This document shows, piece by piece, positions 16,478 to 31,049 of a DNA stretch of 64,000 nt. The notes beneath the pieces are model-generated. The model saw only the letters and a program-made list of their open reading frames with translations. It searched no databases and was not told the origin of the DNA. Where the stretch lies: NCBI RefSeq assembly GCF_009914755.1, contig NC_060946.1. The stretch is one strand, 5' to 3'. The position numbers were made by a program, and so were the translations under genes. The DNA comes from the human T2T-CHM13v2.0 reference genome, Homo sapiens. Within the stretch, counting starts at the first letter, position 1; each line of letters starts with the position of its first letter.

Positions 16478-16753
16478 ACTTTGGGAGGACAAGGTGGGAG
16501 GATTGCTTGAGCGCAGGAGATTGAGACCAGCCTGGGCAACATGGTGAGGCCCCATCTCTACAAGATATTCTTTTAAAAAATTAGCCAGGCCCAGTGGCCC
16601 GCACCTGTAGTCCAAGTTACTCCAGAGGCTGAGGCAGGAGGATCCCTTGAGCCCAAGAGATCAAGGCTGCAGTAAGCCGTGTTCACACCGCTACACTCCA
16701 GCCTGGGCAACAGAGTGAGATCCTGTCTCAAAAAATAAATAAGTAAATAAAAA
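16478..16753 (+). mobile_element. AluJ, 5' truncated
   Basis: Alu dimer starting at actttgggagg, A-rich tail. Confidence 0.88.
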
Positions 16754-19029
16754 GAGTTGCCATTATCTTGTTTGATCTGGCTATGATCTTTGAGGTAGAC
16801 AGACCACAGATTTTACCTCTCATTCTGCAGAGTGGGAAAAGCAAGGCTTGGAGAGTTTCCGGGACTTGCTCAAGGTAATTTGCTAATGTCTGCCGGGACG
16901 TAGCACCAAGCCTGTCACGCTGTAGGCTGGGCCCCTTCCACAACACTGGTCCAAACACAGGATTCTGGAGATGCAGGAGCCCTCGATGGGCTTCTGGAAA
17001 GCTGAATTCTGGCTCTACCAGAGCTACCCACGTGATCTTAAACAAGTCACCTAACTTCCCTGAGCTTCAGTTTCTTCCTTAGTCAAGTGAGAGGTTAGAC
17101 TGTGTGTTCTCTGAAGCCCTTTGATTTTCTGCAGAAAACCACCTAATCCCACTGGGTCTGGGAACAGAGGGAAATGACCTTTTCTGCCATAGATGGCAAG
17201 ACCCTTCACCCTTCCCTGTAGGGCATAAGAGCTGGCATCCAATTCTTAACGGATTCCCTTGCAATGTCCAAATCCCATTAGAAACTACAAACATCTCAAT
17301 AGTGCCTTTGTGGGCTGCTTGGGTGTCATGCCGCTGGCTGCCTCACTTGCTGCAGGGCTGACTGTCCACATCAATTATACTCCAACCCTGTGCTCTGCAA
17401 TGGGCAGACATCCCATGAGATTTTATTACCCCTCTTGGGTAGTTCAGGGAGTCATATGGAAGTAAATAATGCTGATGGGCTTATTTTGGGCTGATAGATC
17501 CTTATCCTTCTAAAGAGGTTATGCCTTTCAAAGGGTACAAAACCTTCTCCTTGATTTTTTATTACGAACAGTTATATCCTTTAATGTCCCAGAATTGTTC
17601 TTGGAAGTTGGAGACTCACAAGAGGGCCTGCAGCTGTGAATGCAGAAGTCCTGAGACTAGGGGAGGACATCACCACTCTCCCTTGGCCTTTGGAGTCATC
17701 CAAGCTAAGTGCTAATATTTGTGATTAACAGGTGTTGATAGGAAATTGGGCCCCTGTGTCTCAGTCTTTTTGTGCTTCAAATTTTCTAAGTGAACTTCAG
17801 GCTGGCAAGTGGAGTTAGATCAACTTGTTGCAGACAGTATCATCTGCTCGGTACCGTGTCAGGTCACTGGACTGTGGGAGGTTATACTGACCAGTGATGA
17901 GAGTGACAGAGCATGAGCTTGGCTCCCGTATCCTGTGTTCTGTGCTCAGCCTCACAGATGACTCACTGTGCCTCATCGACTCCTCTGTCCTCGAGTGAAA
18001 TTATGCCATTCTTTAACCCACTATACAAGAGACTTTTGAAGATTCATGTGTGGCTACCCCCAACAATATCTCATTTGTACAATGCAGAACATGGTGCTTT
18101 CTTGTGTAAACAAACTCATTTTGTGGAATTTTTATTTTCTAGATCAATATTTTTAAATAGACTACTAATTCATTTTATAAACCGGGTACTATAAGATTTT
18201 ATGAGTTGACACTTGGTACCCTGTAAGTATCCAAATAATCAAAGAAGGAGAAAGTGTGAAGTCAAGGAATCCCCTAGCTGAAAAGAAATTCCCAATACCT
18301 GGAACAAAAAAGATGGAGCTTTTAGAGAGCAGACTTTTTCTCCAGCAAAGATCCACAACTTCCATTTTTAAATGTAAGACGTAAGGGAGATTTATGATAC
18401 AGCCTACTTTGTCAGATCATATTATTTCATAAAGTGAAGGGTCAATTAGGTGTTATTATTATCAAGAAAGCATGCTGTAATGCTTCGTCTTGTAGATGCT
18501 GTAAAAATTACCTGTCTGATTACTTTAATTCATCTTTTGGCTACTGTCTGCAGAAATTCACTCAGTCCCTAGCTCACAGGTATGCAGACGTACTGAGAAC
18601 ACTTTGGGAAATAAAAGCAAAAAAAACATTGGGTCCTTTCCCCTAAGGAATGAACAGTGTATTTGGGAAACTAGGAAAAACAAACAAACAAAAAAATGGT
18701 ACCACAATGCAAAACTGATGAGGAGATTAAAAAACAGCTCAAGATGGAGATTTTTAGAAAGAACTTCTTGAAGGAGGTGCATCTGTAGGCTGAGAGAGAT
18801 GGTTTAGCAAGCAGGCATCAATGCATCCACAAAGCTTTACACTTCAAGGAAATCATAGGAGAAACAGGGTCTTCTTTGCTGAAGATCTGTTTATTTTGCA
18901 AACAACAAAGAGTCAGAAGAGCCATGTGAAGTTTCCATGGGGAATCCAGAAACTAAACTTCTGCCACTGGAAATTACCTCAAGATCTTTTCCCAGATAGC
19001 CTGCTCTTCCCCTGCTTCCAATCATGTCC

Positions 19030-19370
19030 CTCAAAGTCTTCTTTTTCAAGCATAAATATCCTTAGTTCTTGTAACCACTCCTCCTATGAGGCAGTTTTGC
19101 GTGCTGCCATTATTTTAAGCACCCGCCTCTGATTGGACTCTAGCTTAGGGCCTCCCCTAAGTCACGGGACTCAGAACGGAGCAACGCTCTCCAGGAGTGA
19201 TCTGAGGATGCAGAACACCATGGGGTAGTTGCCTCCCTTGATCTGTAGCCTATACTTCTATTAATATGGCCCATGATTGCATGAGCCCTTTTGGCACCCA
19301 TGTCACACTGCTGACTCATATCGAAATTGTGGTCAACTAAAACCCATGAGTTCCCATGCACTACTACTAA
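19030..19370 (-). mobile_element. L3/CR1 LINE ORF2 fragment
   Basis: Minus-strand translation [37 protein letters not shown] resembles the CR1 post-RT region. Confidence 0.8.
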
Positions 19371-19694
<324 letters not shown>

Positions 19695-20769
19695 AGATCT
19701 TTCTTATTCTGTACTTACACTGTTGATTTAAAAAAAAAAAAAAACCCTAGGACAGAGGTTTAAATGTAAAGACATTTATTTCTATTTCACTCGATCATTT
19801 TGATAACAACTTGTCCAAATCTTTCAGAGCTAGGGTATTAGCTTCCCCTCCCTGCAGGTGAGTACTTACCTGCTGGTGCAGCTAATCTCATGATGGATCT
19901 CTGGCCTCTAAAGGGCCAGAACTTCATTGTCTCTTTCCTATCCATAAATTCTCTGCAACCGTGGATGAATCTGCATCCTTAGACAAACTAGTGGGCCTCA
20001 ATCTTCCTAAGTAAGATAGGAATAAGTGTGAATGGCCATTTCCTCCTTGCGGTGAGGATATGCGACAATGAGTTCGATGTCTGCAAAACCCTAAGGAAAT
20101 GTCACTCAGAGGCAGCATTAGATGAGGAGAGAAAAAGTTTATTTCAGGCTCTCAGCAGCTTTCAGAAGACTTGATTATCCTGATCACTACGTGTGAAAGT
20201 TAATGACTTCATTTTTGCAGTTATTTTAAAAATATAACTGGTTTATCTGATTTTTGGTTGTAGTAACATCACGTGATGGTCAGTATCATTTTACACATTA
20301 TTTGTAATGTGAGCAAGTGCCATAAAGCATATCTGCAAGACTCATTTAAAATGACTCTCTTCCCTCCATCACCTCCCCCAGCCCCATCCTCAACTCTACC
20401 CTCTTCTGTTTGTAATACGGGACTACAAAGATCTTATAGTTTAGGTTTCCGTCAGACTTTTGGAAACCTTTAAAAGACTTACCAAGCTAGCTTAGAAGTT
20501 CATAGATTTTCATCCCTGGCCAGCGCAGAGAGCTCACAGGTAACTTGTATAATATTTATCATTTCAAGCTCATAGAAATGTCATATTTCAAAACACATCC
20601 CTGAGAGCAGTTTTTTTGTTCCTTATAGACAGGTGCAGGGAACATCCAAATTTTTCTAGTCTGCCATTCTAATGCACATTGTGATGTTGCTCTTGTGACC
20701 CTATAATTATTAATTTTCCAGTAGCCCCTCCCCAACCTTTCACGTGATTTTTAATCCAGGGCCTGGGCA

Positions 20770-20938
20770 CTCGTAGCAGAGTGTGATCCTAGGACCAGCA
20801 GCAACGGCACCGCCGGGGAGCCTGTTAGAAGTGAGGATCTCAGACCCTGCCTCAAACCTATTGAATCAGAATCTAAACTGTGAAAAAATTCCCCTGGTGA
20901 TTCTTATGCACAGTAAAATCTGAGAAGAACAGATCTAG
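20770..20938. mobile_element. MER5-family hAT-Charlie DNA element
   Basis: ggaccagcagca...tgttagaa...tgaatcagaatct...tgattcttatgcacagtaaaatctgagaa. Confidence 0.75.
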
Positions 20939-21113
20939 AGTGAAGGGATTTTCACTCCCATTTTACCCGCTGTAGACCTTATGTTGTAATACAAAACTTA
21001 CAAACTTCCATTTGGTGTTTATTAAAAGGTTAGAGTCCTTAGTTAAAATGTTACCAGATTCAAATGTTCTGTTTATATATTCAGCTATTTCTCAGTGTAT
21101 GTAACTGGCTTTA

Positions 21114-21419
<306 letters not shown>

Positions 21420-21447
21420 GTACTCTTGCCTTTCTGGGTTCTTGTGG

Positions 21448-21648
21448 AGCAGGGGTTCTCCCCCACTCCCACCAGGGACATTTGGCAATGCCAGGAAACA
21501 TTTTTTGTCACAGTTTGCAGGGAGAGGTCCTACTGGTGGGTAGAAGCTAGGGATGCTGCTGAGAATCCTACAATGCACAGGATGGGCCCCCACAACAAGG
21601 ACTTAACTGGCCCCAAATGTCAATAGTGACAAGGTTGGAAAACACCAG
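21448..21648 (+). mobile_element. MER20 hAT DNA element
   Basis: gggacatttggcaatg...gggatgctgct...cctacaatgcacagga...ccaaatgtcaatagtg. Confidence 0.85.
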
Positions 21649-21898
21649 TATATGATTTATAAAGACTCAGATGTGCGACCATAAACCATAGAATGCCACA
21701 GGAAAATAGAGTCACGTGGCATGTCACTATATGACCAGGCAAAGAACAAATAGACCAGCAGTGGCCGGAGTGATGGTGGTGGGGTTGTGAGTGGCAGGGA
21801 ATGGAAAATCCAGCCACAGATGAAAGGAGACATCTAGGACCAATGCTAACTGGTACTCCGTGCACAAAGGCAGTGAGCTCTAGAGGACAGGGCTAAAA

Positions 21899-22216
<318 letters not shown>

Positions 22217-23894
22217 TCAGGGACTGGACACCAGGTATGAGCCCCAGGAGGGGTGGAAGGAGGTGTGGGAGAAATAGAGAGAGAGAAGGCTTCAGTTCTA
22301 GAGTGGATACCAGGTATGATCTCAAAATCGTGTTAGACATGGAAAACAAGAAAGGATTTCAAGTATTAGCATAGGAGTACACAGGCAGATTTCAGGTAAA
22401 TCCAGTAAGATGAAGACTCAGGAACAAGGCAGAATCCTGCTTGCTAGAACTGGGGCGCCTCAGAGCCAGGCCAGCAGCAGGCATGACCGATGCTGAGTCA
22501 GCCAAGTGTTCAACTAGAGTGAGCTTCTTAAATCCCTCCCAACTGAGAAGGGGCTTAGTGCTGAGTCTACAGCATGGTTGACTTGCAAGAAGGGGTCAAG
22601 GGCTCCCAGCTATGGAGAAAGGTAGACCAGAAGTAAGCCAGAAGTAGGCCAGTGACAGTGGCCACTGAAAAATCACGGGATAAGAAATGGAACAGAACTC
22701 GAGAGGTCCTCTGGGTCATTCCCCTACTGCAGCGTGCACCTAAATCATTTCAGAAAGATTATCTACGCTTCAACTTTAACATTTTCAGAGAAAGATTTCT
22801 TAAAGACCAGTGGGTGCCTTATAATCCATCGAAGTCACAGCTTCTTCCCCATTTCTAACCCTAAACACCTCTTCCTGGGATGTAAAGCGAGTGTCTTTCA
22901 TCCCACCCTGCACACAGTGTGATTTCTATCATTCAGTAATGATAAAGAACACAAACTGCCGTCTGCAACTGCCAAGCACAGCCACCCCTTTTCCAGGCTA
23001 AAGCATCTCAATTCCATTAGTCTGTTGCCCTGAGAGTCTCTCCCTGACCTTTTAATCCCCTCATTATCCTCTGGACCTGCTCCAAGCCTTGCCTGCTTGA
23101 AATAGTTACCACCAAGTATGTATTTGTTAAATAAAAGCTGTGTGCAGACTGCCCTTTTGCCATGGAACACAAAGGAGGAGGAATATAAAAGAATATACAC
23201 AGTTTTGTTGGTTTTTATTAGTCTCTCTCCTCTCTCTCCAAGGAGTTGTCAATCTTCTCTGCACTTATAGTCTAGTTGGAGCACTAGTCCTTAGGCTAAA
23301 TTCCACCAAAACATTTTGGTTGTTCAGCAAACGCTTTCACTGTGACCCTCACCTAAGAACAATAGAGTACACCATCAAATGGGATAGCTCTAATGTGAAT
23401 TTAGCTCTAAATAAAACTAGGATAAATGCATTTGTTCAGTTCTAGAGAAGGCATCATACTGTCCTGTGGATTTTTCATTTCGAATGAGCTGCAAAACAAA
23501 GTTCTTTTCCATGGAAAGGATTTACTCAACTGAATTCACTCACTTTGCTGTAGCTGGATTAATCTCATTTCACATCATGTCTCTAAGTAGAAAAGTAAAC
23601 TGATTTACAGCAGGCTAAGTGGATATGTTGATGCATCCAACATCAGTGAGATTTATTCCAACTAGATTGCAACCAGAAAATGGTGTCCTGGTTGTTTTTG
23701 CTTCTATAAAGTAGTCGCAAAAGTGCACCACTTTCGTACTCGATCTGAAAAACAGTTTATCAAAGTTACAACAGATGAGGTATTGTGGGATGCGACAGAA
23801 CGTACGTACGTCAAATGAAATGAGCATTTCTGCCTTCCCAGATCTTGAAATGGTCTTTTGCCCCACAACCTTATAAAAAAAAATATTCATTTTA

Positions 23895-24229
<335 letters not shown>

Positions 24230-27200
24230 TTATTCTATCCCCATGTTCTGAAAGCCACCCTTTTTTATTTTTGAGTTGTGTTTCACGGGGCACTGCTCAA
24301 GGTAAACACCCAGCCCCACTTGTGGTTGAGCAGGCATTGACCCCACACTGGCTCCCTGCCCTGGAGCCAGCCACCACCCTGTTCCTTGCTCCACCTTCTG
24401 CTTTCTGCAGCACACTCTTTCTTCTTTTTCTTCTGCATCACTCTGCATTTCCAAAGCCACAATCGTGTCATCCTCTCGGGACTCTCAGTCTCTGTCTATG
24501 CTGGTGCCCTCTCCTTTGTCTCTCCCAGATTGCTGACTTTATTCCAGCTTCTGCTTCTAACACAATAAGACTGCTATTGGAAATGTTTTTCTGACTTCTA
24601 TAGCTGGCAGTTTCTATAAGCAGAAGTTACTTTCAAAGGAAAGAACTTGTGGAGATGAGCCTGGGGTGTCACAGGGCTGTTACATGGGTCAAATGTAATA
24701 ACGTGTATCAAAAAGCAATTTGTAAACTGTAACATGCTCTTCAAAAGTAAATTATTACTGTATTATATGACTTTAGGGTTTAAAAAGCAGCTGGATGATA
24801 TGTAAAAATTCAAGGCTCAGTAGCATCATTGGAAAAGAAAATTAGAAAATGGGGAGGGGCACGGACGCTTCCATCAACAAGCTAGGGGCCTCTCAACATT
24901 TTTTCCAGCCAAAGCACACCCATTTAGCTGAGAGCATACACTCTCTTCTGAGGACTGCCTGCTCACCATTCTGGACCTAAGGCCTTCCCTCTTGCTTAAG
25001 CTCCCCCATCCCTCTCATCGCCACCTTCCCAAATCCTAGCTGACCCCAAGGGCTAACCCCCAATCCACCCTCCCTTCCCAGCTCTGCCCCAGATTAAGTG
25101 AATCTCTTTCTCTCCAGCACTCAGTCTTATGTTAGAATTATTTATGTGGGCATTGATCTTCCTGGATTGACTGTGACCTGCTGAAGGCAGCGGTGGTCCT
25201 GGCATCTGCCACAGCCCCCTCCCCCAACAGCACTTCATCACCTCCGTGAACGGAAGTGAATGGAAGGAACAGCTCAATTAGGATGGCAGAGGATCAAGGA
25301 GAGAATTCCACGGACCCAAAACATCCTGCAAAAAGGCTTTGTCCCCAGAGGTTGGTCTTCAATTTGGAAAAATTCCTACCTGAGCAACTGTAGGACCCCT
25401 CTGAAATGGAACAGGGTCTATTAGACTCATAAAAAGCCTCAGTGATGAGTTGGTTATTATTATTCTCTTTACTTTTCTGTACATTTAAAGTGTTTTATAT
25501 TTTAAATTGAATGTAAAAAGATCCCATCCTATTTAAAAGTTAGTGAGTTGAATAAGTTTCATTATAACTTGATTTTCTTCCTAAAGGTTTTCCTATAGTT
25601 CAAATTATAAAAGTCATTCTTAGATTCCCAGCTTAGTTCCCCCATGAAATCACGAGTTCTTAGACTGTGTTTCACACAATGCCAGGTCACATTGCACCCT
25701 TACTGAAAGGAACTTCTTGTGCAGAGTGCGGGGCTCTTGGAGAAAGAAAAGTACCACTTTTTTAGCACATTAAAAACAAATCCTTGAGCTGTTTTATTAT
25801 TTTAATACTTTACCTTTAGTGGAGCAGAAATGATTTATTTGATGGTTTTGGCAGGTGATTTTTTTTTTCGGAATCTTCTTTAACACTATTAGCCATGTAA
25901 CTATTGCCAAGTACATAATAAGTACTCAATAATTATTATTATCTTTTAATTAAAATGTGATGCACTTCTAAACTAAAGGTAACTTCAGTCATGTAGAATA
26001 GAAAGCAATGGGTGGAGCTTCCAATTGCTTCTCTTTGGTATTCATTAGAAATCATTTTTGAAACTGAGAAGTTGGGGGAAAGATCAGACATTTTTATGGA
26101 AACTGCATTGATGACAGCAGAGTGTAATTTTGTTGGTAGTGATTTGATACACAATTATTTGAGGGATTTACTGTGCTCATGGATTAGCGCTGTGTTGTTA
26201 CTGTAACAGAGGATTGGCGCAGAGCCCTGGCCCAGTGCAAAGCTCTCTAACATCGTTTCTCTTCCTTCATCAGCAGCCCAAAGCCCCCCTCTCTACAACT
26301 CCATGCAGCACAGTCCTGGCACAAACCCCTAACCTGAAATTCCAGCCAATTTCCCTAACAACACGCCTCTCCCCTTCACCTGCCAGATGCTTCTCGTTCT
26401 CAGACACTGCACCCTGAAATTGGGAGCTTTCACTGAGTTAAAAAGGCAAATATAGAATTACCTAGCTGTATCAGTATTTTAAGTGCACTTGTAGACTTAA
26501 ATGAGAGCTCTTGTACAAAACCACTTGTATTCTTTCTTAAGATATGCTAATTTTTTTCTCTCTTTGATTGAACTGTTGACCTTCTGGATATATGACTAGT
26601 TATTACTTCAAGTATGTTTGGAACTATTCTTGCCCTAACTGTTCTAAAATGTAATTAGCATTGAGACATTATTGTAGAAGCACAGCACCTGGGGCTGGGA
26701 TCTCATTAGATGGCAAAAATTGAGCAGAATTGTGCATGCTCCATGCTCAAAATATCTCTAAGAAAAATTAATGGCATTAGGGGGAAAGTTAAAATTGGTG
26801 ATTTCGTAGGCCCTTTCTTGCTCACATATTTGATTCGTATAAGGATCCAAACAGAAAGGAGATTGTGGTTCTTCTGTTTAAAAAATGAAGACAACTCTGC
26901 TTTCTTAGAACTCTTCTTATGTAATGTGGCTGCTGTCACATCTCTGGGTCAACCAAAACCAAAATAATACATTTTCTGGCTCTAGCTTTTTCCCCCCTCA
27001 AGAAATGCATAGCATTTTTAGGCATTATCTGATTTTTCCTTGCAACAACAGATGTTACAGAGAATGAATATTCTGTAAGAGGTAGTTAACAAAGTGTGGA
27101 AAAACTGAGGCCCAAAGAGGTACTATAACTCACGGGTTTTTCACGCTCCTCCCTGAACATTCCCGCATCTCTTCTACTGGGGAGGGAGCTCTTTATTTTC

Positions 27201-27983
27201 TGAATTGAAAACCATTTCATGCCTCCTGCTCAGCTATTTCAGTACTGGCTCCTAAGTTTGGCACCAATCCCAACTGTTATGAAATCGCAGACGAATAATA
27301 ACGAAGTTCTTCATTGCTGGGATCCCAAAAGGTTATCATTTCGAGTTCATTGCAGGGCACTTTAGACGTCCATATTGGGCCCTAAATGATTGGAACCATC
27401 AGGAGAGGGCTTGCCTGACTCTGCCATTCACCTCATTTGTAAGTCTCTGCCGTGTTTCGACACTGAGTTGTGTCTTGTTGTTTAAAAATAACTTCTCATT
27501 ATAATAACATTTTCCCTTAATTGAAAAAATATTTCTGACCTGAATTTATTATTGTCATAGCTGTGTGAGCAAGCAGAGTCTTGTTTGCCTCTACAATATA
27601 TTAATAATGTATTAATTAGCTTCCCAGTGCTGCCCAAACAAGGAACAAAAAGGATTTATCTAAATCATGAAAACTGAAGTGAAGCGAACACTTTGGTAAT
27701 TATATTTTAAGGGCAGTCTCAGCATTTGATAGTGTGGCAAATTTTTGTCCTGCCTTTTGAGAGAAGATAACCAAAAACACCACTCAATTAACAAAACGTT
27801 GTTTAGTACCTACTATGCACAAAGTCTGAGAGGTAAAAGAGGTTAAGACAAATAAAATTGTCCAATTTATTTTTATGGCCATAGTTAAAAGGCAATAAAG
27901 GCAAGACACTGTGAGTATTTTGATTTAGCTACAATTAGCTGAAATATACTACATCAAATCATATGAAATTGACAATATCTGGG

Positions 27984-28148
27984 GGCTGGCTGCCGTGACT
28001 CATGCCTGTAATCCCAGCACTTTTGGGGCCCAGGATAATCACTTGAGGCCAGGAGTTCAAGGCTACAGTGAGCCAGGGTTGTACCACGGCACTCCAGCCT
28101 GGGCCACAGTGTGACCCTGTCTCTAAAGAAATAAAAATAAAAATAAAT
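27984..28148 (+). mobile_element. Alu monomer (FRAM/FAM-like or internally deleted AluJ)
   Basis: Single ~135-nt monomer plus A tail; TSD-like attgacaata. Confidence 0.8.
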
Positions 28149-29930
28149 AGAAGATATTGACAATAGCTGACCCTATTTTTTACCCCAAAAGTGGTGATTT
28201 TATATAATTTAATCTAATATTAAGGTATTCTTGTCATACTGTACCAGCTCCTAAACATTATACTTTTCATTTTACTTCTATTTCTAAGCTATCATTATTA
28301 CAACAACCAAGAGAAGGTAAATACAGGTCAGAGATTTGACTCCTGTTTTTTGTATGTATTTATTTTTGTAGATTCACAAATAACTTATATTTTGCAGTTT
28401 TAAGGTTTCTAATTATATTAGACCCTGTTTTTTATTTTATTTAGAGTCATTGTCCTTGCTGCCTGTCCTTCACATGTGACAAGTCAATTCTTCATGCCAT
28501 TTCCTTCACAATCTTCATGCAAACTCATCATCTCCATTTCCATCTATTCTTCAGAGATGTATGATTGCAGAAAACTCCCCTTTTTTGAAATATTGCTCAA
28601 TAGAGATTAAATCTAACACCCAGTTTTACCTGTCTATCCTTGAATTACAGGTTACTGAGAAGTCAGAACAGATAGCCATAGAAGTACCCCACTAAATCCA
28701 TTCTTCTATCTCCTTCAATATTTGACAAATATTTACTAAGCATCTATCTTGAGCAAGCATTGGAGTAAGTCCTCCCATAAATATGAAGTTGTGTAAATAA
28801 GGATGCATGCATTCATGTAAATACAAGTTTAATGCTGGATATATATTGTTTTAAGTGCCTGATATGTATTAGTCTATTTATTCCTATCTAAGGGGATAAG
28901 TGCCATTGTTGTTTCCATCTTAAAGATGAGGAAACTGAGGCCAGAGAGATTATACGAACTCCTAAAACCCTAACTCTTAACCACAGCATTCAGAATCTAT
29001 CTGGTTGTAGTGGAGGACCCAATGTCAAAAAAGCAAGTGCTTTTCCCAGACCATGAACACAATGTGTGACAAATTAGCAGTTCTTCCCCTTGCCCTAAGA
29101 TAGTAAATATCCACCCAGGCCAACTTGTGTCTGTCAGAGAACAAAGAGTGGGCTTGTCACACTGTTTTCTCCCAAGAGGGTCCATCTGCCTCCGCTCCTT
29201 TGGTACACGCTAGGGGACACACACTGTCCAGCATATTCTTGCAGAGTCATATCTTACCCCACATCTTATCACAACCCTGCTGAATGTCAGGCACTATCAA
29301 GAAAATGTTCACTCATCTTCTTCCCGTTATGCCCAATGTGTGAACTGATAACACATCTAAATTCAAAGAAAATCAACAGACATCACCTCAATCAACCTGA
29401 AAAGTCTGGTGACTCATTCCCACCCTTCTCACGGGGCTCCTGCTGGGCTGCCTGGTTCTCCGGAACCAGCCTCCAGGCCTCCTGCAGCCGGGGTGCAGCT
29501 CAGTGTTCGAGCCCCCTCTCTGCTGCCCATCAGATGAGTGTTGACTTTCTTTGGCACAGGCATTTGAGTTGCATTTGAATTGCAGAACATGCTGCCCCCA
29601 TTCTGTGCTGACTGTGACCCCACTTCATGTGCCCCAGAGGCAGGCTAAACAAGCTTGCCTTGGAAAAAATAACAGGGAAGAAGATGCTGACTCTCCAACC
29701 CCCAGAGTAAGTTCCGTCACTCTGGAGGTAAAGTCATAATATCTAAATATGGCTCGATTCATGTCAGGTCTTATAAATACACACACACACGTGGATGCTG
29801 AAACCGTGCATGCCCTGACAGCCAAAAAAAAAGTCAAAACGACTTACTGTCTCATTAGCAGGACAAGACCTGATAGGCCAGCTCACCAGAATAAAGAATA
29901 CAAAAAATGGGTATTTAACTTCTCTACACA

Positions 29931-29931
<1 letters not shown>

Positions 29932-29980
<49 letters not shown>
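29932..29980. repeat. (AC)24 microsatellite
   Basis: Uninterrupted AC run, 49 nt. Confidence 0.97.
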
Positions 29981-29983
<3 letters not shown>

Positions 29984-30189
29984 TGATGTAACGACCTCAA
30001 GAGAGCTGGTTGCCCTGGCAATGAAGAATCGTTTGTATATTCAAGGATTTTCTTGTTTAAATTTAAGCTAGCCACTTGAACTTCTCGAGCTTTCTTGAGC
30101 TTAGCTTCAGGACTCCATCCCCAGACAGAGGTCTGACATCTATGTCAGCCTCTAGCAAGGCAGGAAGCTTAGAAGTCGGACCAAAACCT

Positions 30190-30400
30190 CACAAGCCAGC
30201 CAGCCTGGATTTGAATTTCAGCTCTATGGTTTCTCAGCTGTGTGACCTGGGTTAGCTGCTTAACCACCTTGAACCTCTATTTCCTCACCTGTACAATGGG
30301 AATAATAAAATTAAAACAAACTTGCATGGGTTCATTATGAAAATTAGATTGATTGATGACATAATACATAGCAAGCATTTAGAGCTGTGCCTGATTCCGA
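30190..30400 (+). mobile_element. MIR
   Basis: cctggatttgaatttcagctct...ctgtgtgacc...tttcctcacctgtacaatggg. Confidence 0.7.
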
Positions 30401-30775
30401 ATGTGAGTTATCTGTAATAGTGACTTGAAATGGGTTTACACTGCCTGGCAGGAAACCATTCAATTCCTTTTTGTTTTTGACTTTAATCTTTGAAGCGCTT
30501 TCATCTCATTTCTTCTTATTTTGTGTTTGTGGAGAAGGAGGATGTTTAGCCATCCTTGGAGTACAATCTTTTATTAAAAACCATTATTAAGTCTCTTCAA
30601 GTTTCTCTTTTGTAGTAAATGATCTAGATTACTTAATGGTTCTGTTTTACATGTTTTAATCATTTATTTGAACCATCTCCAGATGTAGTACACACAGAAA
30701 TATTGTCTAGGAAAATGTGTTACTGAAATTCCTTATCATCTGTGGTCCATTAGCTCAAATGTTTAAAACCCATTG

Positions 30776-30921
30776 TTTTTATTTTTATTATTTATTTATT
30801 TAGTTATTTTTGCAAGACAGGGTCTCACTCTTTTGCCCAGGCTAGAGTGCAGTGGCACAATTATAGTTCATTGCAGGCTCGAACTCCTGGGCTCAAGCAA
30901 TCCTCCAGCCTAAGCCTCCCC
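30776..30921 (-). mobile_element. AluJ fragment (3' part)
   Basis: (TTTA)n tail plus gacagggtctcactc...ctcctgggctcaagcaatcctcc. Confidence 0.8.
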
Positions 30922-31049
30922 AAAACTTCTTATTCTTAAGAGCAAAGTTGAGTTCCATCATATTGTCAGTTGGTTTCACTCCATCATATTGCCAAAACCA
31001 CCTAATTCTCAGATGCATAGTTTAGCACAAGCCAAACCAGAAGAGACCA

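Noticed and set aside
19864-19876. U1 snRNA gene or pseudogene
   Set aside because: Only ~10 nt match the U1 5' end; the downstream sequence does not continue as U1
20505-20545. Possible 16-nt microexon (ccag|cgcagagagctcacag|gtaact)
   Set aside because: Weak polypyrimidine tract and modest donor; consistent with chance
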